A model generated the notes under the pieces. It was not told the DNA's origin and searched no databases. It saw only the letters and a program-made list of their open reading frames with translations. Positions 27,473 through 32,000 of a stretch of DNA of 32,000 nt are shown piece by piece (position 1 is the stretch's first letter; each line of letters begins with the position of its first letter). The DNA lies in assembly GCA_964496765.1 (NCBI GenBank), contig CAZCAP010000001.1, positions 63,609 through 95,608 of the forward strand, given 5' to 3'. The translations under genes were made by a program, and so were the position numbers. This DNA comes from an uncultured archaeon (GTDB lineage Archaea; Iainarchaeota; Iainarchaeia; Iainarchaeales; CSSED10-239).

Positions 27473-28513
27473 TCAAAACCATTTATTTATTGTTCTTTGT
27501 TTATCTTTTTCTTCTCTTGCTTTAATATATTCATCAAGTTGATTCTTTATTCTATCACTTGAGAATCCAGCCTTATTAATTAATATATTTTCAATCTCTT
27601 CTCTTGAAAAACTACCTTTCTTTATTTCAGGAGAAGGAGTTATATTTGGATTTCTAAATATTTTTTCTATTTCTTTATAATTAAATGGAATGTCTTTTCC
27701 TTTTTCTTTCAGATATTCATCTATCTCTTCAAAGGAACTATATTTTTGTACTAACTTATAAGCAGTTTGTGGACCTATACCCTGTACCTTTTCATTAAAA
27801 TCAGTCCCTATTAGGATTGATAACCACAATAATTTATCATAGGTTAGATTAAGTTTAGTGTATATACAATCAGCATGAATAATCTCTGGGCTAACATCAA
27901 CATATACATTTTTATGTGGTATTTTTTTCTTTCCAGAAACAGCAACGTTCTTTAGAAGATGGGGTGAACCAAAGAGAATACAATCATAATCTTGTGAAAT
28001 AGTATAATCAAGCAAATTATTATTTGTTAGATAAGATATTTGAGCTTCTGCTTCTCCAGGAGCATCAATATAGGACAACCCCATTGCAAGAATCAGCTCC
28101 TTTGCTTCATTAATTATCTTAGAATCAATGGTTGCTGCTTGACGAGCAAACTTATTCATGTCCTGTAAATTGCCTTCATCATATGCTTTTTGATAATTTT
28201 CTTTTGCGACTTCTCTTTTTCCTCGTCTATAATCTTTTGTTTGTTTTTTAAGCTCATGACTAACTCCATCAAAAACAAAAGTTATGTGTGGAGTATACTT
28301 TGAAATGTTCATAAACCTATAGAATAAACCAGAATAATGACTTGTTATCTCTCCTCTTTCATTCTTAAGAGGCTCACCATCAATCCCTCTAATGGTTGTA
28401 ACAAATTGAAATAAAACATTATAGGCATCAAAACCTAGTCTCTTATTTTTAAGATTATTTAAATCAAACTTAGTTTTACAGGAATCAATAAGTCCAGAAA
28501 ATGCAATACCCAT
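27473..28513 (-). CDS. fen: Flap endonuclease 1 (XPG/FEN1 family)
   Basis: RLGFDAYNVLFQF, TFVFDG, APGEAEAQ, SQDYDCILFG, IGTDFN..GIGPQTAYKLV, and C-terminal PIP-like QRTINKWF. Start chosen at MGIAFSGLI; the track start is 28561. Confidence 0.95.
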   Translation of the reverse strand: MGIAFSGLIDSCKTKFDLNNLKNKRLGFDAYNVLFQFVTTIRGIDGEPLKNERGEITSHYSGLFYRFMNISKYTPHITFVFDGVSHELKKQTKDYRRGKREVAKENYQKAYDEGNLQDMNKFARQAATIDSKIINEAKELILAMGLSYIDAPGEAEAQISYLTNNNLLDYTISQDYDCILFGSPHLLKNVAVSGKKKIPHKNVYVDVSPEIIHADCIYTKLNLTYDKLLWLSILIGTDFNEKVQGIGPQTAYKLVQKYSSFEEIDEYLKEKGKDIPFNYKEIEKIFRNPNITPSPEIKKGSFSREEIENILINKAGFSSDRIKNQLDEYIKAREEKDKQRTINKWF

Positions 28514-28591
28514 AAATTCTTCTCCTAACATAATTGGATACAGAAAAGCATTTAAAAACATGCTTATTATATATTATATATAAACAAATCT

Positions 28592-28663
28592 GCATCTATA
28601 GTACAGTGGTTAGTATGAGAGCCCTCCAAGCTTTAGACTCGAGTTCGAATCTCGATAGATGCA
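28592..28663 (+). tRNA. tRNA-Gly (TCC), with C at position 33
   Basis: GCATCTA/TAGATGC acceptor with A73, D arm GTAC-AGTGGTTA-GTAT, anticodon arm AGAGC-CCTCCAA-GCTTT, T arm TCGAG-TTCGAAT-CTCGA. Confidence 0.9.
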
Positions 28664-28720
28664 CTCTCAAATTTATATATTATAAGAAATTTATTTTTTT
28701 CTTAAAAAAGGTTTAAAGGT

Positions 28721-29947
28721 ATGAGGCTCAGATTTGCTAAATTTGGAAAAATAAGAGAAAACATTAAATCAACTAGTTCTAGAAAAATAAATAACACATC
28801 AACTAAAGAAAGAATTGCTAATAACACAAGCTTCAGTAGAAAATTAACTTCAACTAGCAATCTATCTATTAAGAAAAAAATACTTGCTGCACAAAAATTA
28901 GCAAAAACATTACCTTCATTAAAACAAAAGGAGCCAGCTAAACCATCTATTAAAAAAAAAATCAAACAAATTAGTAGGCCCCCACTAGTAAATGAACATA
29001 TATCAAAAACTAAAATTAATCCAATTAATAATTTACACGATCTAATTTCTCAAAAGAAACAATTGATTCATAATCACATTGAATGGATATGGACTGAATA
29101 TAATAAAAAAAGGTTAGCCAAAGATAAAAGAATAAGCACAACGATAATTTATGAAACACTAAAAGCAAAAGAACTATTGAAAGAAACAGAACCTCTTGAG
29201 ATAAAAGTAACTAGTCATTATGATGTAGAAATAGAAGAACTAAAGAAAGAATTAAAAGAATATGAGGAAAACCCTGAACGGATTGTATTTAAAATTAAAA
29301 AAGAAGAAGCAAAAATAAGGGACCTTGATGAGAAAATTAAAAAAATAAACCTTCAATCTATTATTGATGAACGTAACATCTTACATAATGAGCTTACGGT
29401 ACTCTCAAAGTTAAACCAAGAACACCATCATCTAAGAGATGAATTTACTAAACAAAAATATGTTCGTGATGGAAAATTGAACGTAATTGCATTACTAAAG
29501 GAAAAGTTAGATTCAATCTGTAAAGAACATAAAGTAACAGGAAGGTTAAAGATAGCATTAAACTCTTTGGTTGATAATTATACAGTTAAATATTTTAAAC
29601 AAGATATAATTAATCACATGAAATATAGAAATCAAAGAATAGATGAACTAGACCTAAAATATTCACAAAAGGAACATGAACTTAAACCATTACTTTTTGA
29701 GAAAGAAAATATTGAAAAAAATATCAATTATCAAAAGAAACATTTACCCGTTCATCAAAGAATTGTAAAAAAATATGAGATAAGAAGAGAAATAGATGAT
29801 CTTGAAGGATTAAGAAGAAGAGAAATAAACCAAATAAAGGTTGAAAAAACAAATGAACAAATCTATTCTCAAAAATTAGATCAAGCAAGAAAATTAGCCA
29901 AAATTGAAAATAGATTATATAAACTTATTAATTATATTAAAAAATAG
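28721..29947 (+). CDS. Coiled-coil-rich basic hypothetical protein
   Basis: 408 aa: Lys/Ser/Thr-rich N-terminal region followed by long charged heptad-like segments. Confidence 0.75.
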   Translation: MRLRFAKFGKIRENIKSTSSRKINNTSTKERIANNTSFSRKLTSTSNLSIKKKILAAQKLAKTLPSLKQKEPAKPSIKKKIKQISRPPLVNEHISKTKINPINNLHDLISQKKQLIHNHIEWIWTEYNKKRLAKDKRISTTIIYETLKAKELLKETEPLEIKVTSHYDVEIEELKKELKEYEENPERIVFKIKKEEAKIRDLDEKIKKINLQSIIDERNILHNELTVLSKLNQEHHHLRDEFTKQKYVRDGKLNVIALLKEKLDSICKEHKVTGRLKIALNSLVDNYTVKYFKQDIINHMKYRNQRIDELDLKYSQKEHELKPLLFEKENIEKNINYQKKHLPVHQRIVKKYEIRREIDDLEGLRRREINQIKVEKTNEQIYSQKLDQARKLAKIENRLYKLINYIKK

Positions 29948-29957
29948 AGGAATTAAT

Positions 29958-30359
29958 ATGAAAGATTGTATATTTTGTAAAATTAAGAAAGAAAAGGTTC
30001 CTTGTCACAAAGTTTATGAGGACAAGGATTTTATTGCTTTCCTGGACATCAATCCAATTGCAAAAGGGCATACTCTAGTTATTCCAAAGAAGCATTTCAC
30101 AAACGTTCTTGATGCTGATGATAAATTACTTAAAAAATTACTTCCAGTGATTAAAAAGATAATGTTGAACCACAAAGAAAAACTTAATTGTGATGGATTC
30201 AATATCCTAAATGCAAATGAAAAAGCAGGCCAACAATCAGTATTCCATCTCCACTTCCATATCATTCCAAGATTTAATGATGATGGGTATAACACATGGC
30301 CAATAACAGGATATGAAAACGAAGATCTTACAGAATTATCTGAAAAATTAAAATTGTGA
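29958..30359 (+). CDS. HIT-family hydrolase (canonical histidine triad)
   Basis: ATG at 29958 preceded by AGAGG; MKDCIFCKIKKEKVPCHKVYED...QQSVFHLHFHIIPRF. Confidence 0.95.
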   Translation: MKDCIFCKIKKEKVPCHKVYEDKDFIAFLDINPIAKGHTLVIPKKHFTNVLDADDKLLKKLLPVIKKIMLNHKEKLNCDGFNILNANEKAGQQSVFHLHFHIIPRFNDDGYNTWPITGYENEDLTELSEKLKL

Positions 30360-30365
30360 GAAGCT

Positions 30366-30995
30366 ATGCCAATAAACAGAAGAAGTGTACTTTTAAATGA
30401 ATTAAAAAGAATAAAACCAAAAACAAATAATGGAAAACACGTATATGATCTTGATAAAAGACATCTAGTTCTTGATTACAAACACTCACCTTCTAATCCC
30501 ATAGGTAAACCAATATCTCTTAATAGTTTGTCCGCAATTAAAGAAGGATACAAAAGATTAATTCAAATACAAAAACAAAAAAATAAGCAACTTATCTTAG
30601 ACATGGAAACTGCAAACAAGCTGCTTAGAGAGGAAGGAATACCAACAACTAGAGAGAAACCAAGAGAGTACAATCAAGCTATTAGAGAAAAATTAGTGAA
30701 ATCAATATCAGAACATGCAGAACATGAACAAAAAGAATTAAATATAAAAATTAAACAAATTCTTGATAAAACAAAAAGCTCAAGACAATTATTGGAACAA
30801 TATAACAGGCTCCAGGATATTTTAATCTCCAAAATAAACTCTCAATTTAGAACTAGGGGTAAATTAATAGACCCAAGAGGAGAGATATTTAAAAGAAATG
30901 CACTTAGAGAGATTACAACAATTTTAGAAAACACAAACCCAAACAATATACCTACTGCTCTTAATCGTATACAATTAATTATTATTAATTGGTAA
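30366..30995 (+). CDS. Basic hypothetical protein
   Basis: 209-aa ORF tightly linked between the HIT and MEMO-like genes; no motif recognised. Confidence 0.65.
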   Translation: MPINRRSVLLNELKRIKPKTNNGKHVYDLDKRHLVLDYKHSPSNPIGKPISLNSLSAIKEGYKRLIQIQKQKNKQLILDMETANKLLREEGIPTTREKPREYNQAIREKLVKSISEHAEHEQKELNIKIKQILDKTKSSRQLLEQYNRLQDILISKINSQFRTRGKLIDPRGEIFKRNALREITTILENTNPNNIPTALNRIQLIIINW

Positions 30996-30998
30996 TAA

Positions 30999-32000
30999 AT
31001 GAATAAAAAGAATACAATAATAATTACATGTGTTTTTTTAATATTAACAGTCTATGGATTTACTATGAATGAACAAAAAAATAAATTTGGAAAAGATGTA
31101 TTCCAAGCTCAAGTTGCTGGACATTTCTATCCAGGAACAAGCAAGAACATAATAAAAGACCTAGATTCTTTCTTTAATAAAGCAGAAATGAATTATTCTG
31201 GAGAAGAAGTCTTTGCTCTTATTACTCCACATGCTGGCTACGATTATTCTGGACAAACAGCAATGGATGCATATAAAAAACTTTATTTTTCTCTTATTTT
31301 ATCTAATAAAAATAATTATAATGTAATTGTTATTGGTCCTGCCCACAGGCTCTATTTTAAAGGAATTTCAACTCTTTCTTCCTCTGAGTATCAAACACCT
31401 CTTGGTAAAGTAAAGCTTGATAACACAGAATTAAAAAAATACACTAATGATTCTGCATTCAAAGATGAGCATTCAATAGAAGTGCAAATTCCTTTTCTAC
31501 AATACATATTTAATAAAGCAAATAAAAATCTTACAATCACTCCAATTCTATTGGGGGATATAAATAAATCAGAAACCATTAAGATAGTAAGTGAACTAAT
31601 AGATGAAAACACAATAATCATTGTCTCATCTGATCTTTCTCATTTTAATAAAGATAAAATTGCAAGAGAGATTGATAAAATTTGTATAAATAATATTTTA
31701 TCTGGAGAAGAAGATATTGATGCCTGCGGAGAAGCAGGAATAAATATATTAAACGAACTTGTAGCGAAAGACAAGAACATTAAAAAAGAATTTATTAATT
31801 ATTCAAACTCTGGAGACGTCACTGGAGATAAAAATTCTGTTGTTGGGTATGCTTCCTTTTCCTATTATTATGCATCCAGTGAAAATATATTAATTAAGCT
31901 TGCAAGAAAAGCAATATATGATAAACTATCTAATCAAAAAACAAACAAAGAAGAAATAAAAGAAATTATTCCAAAGGAATACCTAGAAACAAAAGGTGTG
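30999..32000 (+). CDS. MEMO1-family protein fused to an AMMECR1-like domain (truncated by window edge)
   Basis: Open to the window end, so absent from the track: MNKKNTIIITCVFLILTVYGF...VAGHFYPGTSKNIIKDL...ALITPHAGYDYSGQTA...VIGPAHR...DEHSIEVQIPFLQY...SSDLSHF...ENILIKLARKAIYDKL...PKEYLETKGV. The last part matches the AMMECR1 N-terminus. Confidence 0.88.
   Translation, partial: MNKKNTIIITCVFLILTVYGFTMNEQKNKFGKDVFQAQVAGHFYPGTSKNIIKDLDSFFNKAEMNYSGEEVFALITPHAGYDYSGQTAMDAYKKLYFSLILSNKNNYNVIVIGPAHRLYFKGISTLSSSEYQTPLGKVKLDNTELKKYTNDSAFKDEHSIEVQIPFLQYIFNKANKNLTITPILLGDINKSETIKIVSELIDENTIIIVSSDLSHFNKDKIAREIDKICINNILSGEEDIDACGEAGINILNELVAKDKNIKKEFINYSNSGDVTGDKNSVVGYASFSYYYASSENILIKLARKAIYDKLSNQKTNKEEIKEIIPKEYLETKGV

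Noticed and set aside
28534-28965. ORFs 28534-28716 (+) and 28702-28965 (-)
   Set aside because: The first spans the tRNA-Gly gene; the second is antisense to the coiled-coil protein start.
30014-30295. 93-aa minus ORF
   Set aside because: Antisense to the canonical HIT gene.
31391-31621. 76-aa minus ORF
   Set aside because: Antisense to the MEMO-family coding sequence.
1-32000. Mobile element, prophage or integrase near the tRNAs
   Set aside because: No transposase, integrase, tRNA-end direct repeats or phage structural genes were recognised; tRNA flanks look ordinary.

Overview
AT-rich chromosomal segment of an archaeon. The basis is an archaeal-type 16S rRNA, archaeal-style tRNAs including an intron-containing tRNA-Tyr, FEN1 with a PIP-like tail, an L40e-like zinc protein and TATA-box-like promoters. 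The lineage is probably DPANN/Woesearchaeota-like, but that is inference.

Housekeeping content: partial glmS, CPBP protease, ZIP transporter, TspO, DEAD-box helicase, thymidine kinase, FEN1, two HIT proteins, a MEMO1-AMMECR1 fusion cut by the window edge, a solitary 16S rRNA gene, a probable RNase P RNA, and tRNA-Tyr, tRNA-Ala, tRNA-Glu and tRNA-Gly.

Most noteworthy features:
(1) a protein made mostly of about 50 decapeptide repeats of the form G-[YF]-[ST]-x-x-[ED]-L;
(2) a compact six-gene cluster (GT2, SDR, methyltransferase, DegT aminotransferase, SPASM-like radical SAM, B12-binding-type radical SAM) at 12.5-18.8 kb, in which the SDR has Gln at the catalytic Lys position;
(3) tandem paralogous PLP (alanine-racemase-fold) decarboxylases;
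(4) a MESH1/SpoT-like HD hydrolase;
(5) 16S primer-site mismatches and a solitary 16S with flanking inverted repeats;
(6) a tRNA-Gly with C33;
(7) small basic or zinc-ribbon ORFs missed by the ORF track.

No CRISPR array, transposase or prophage was seen.
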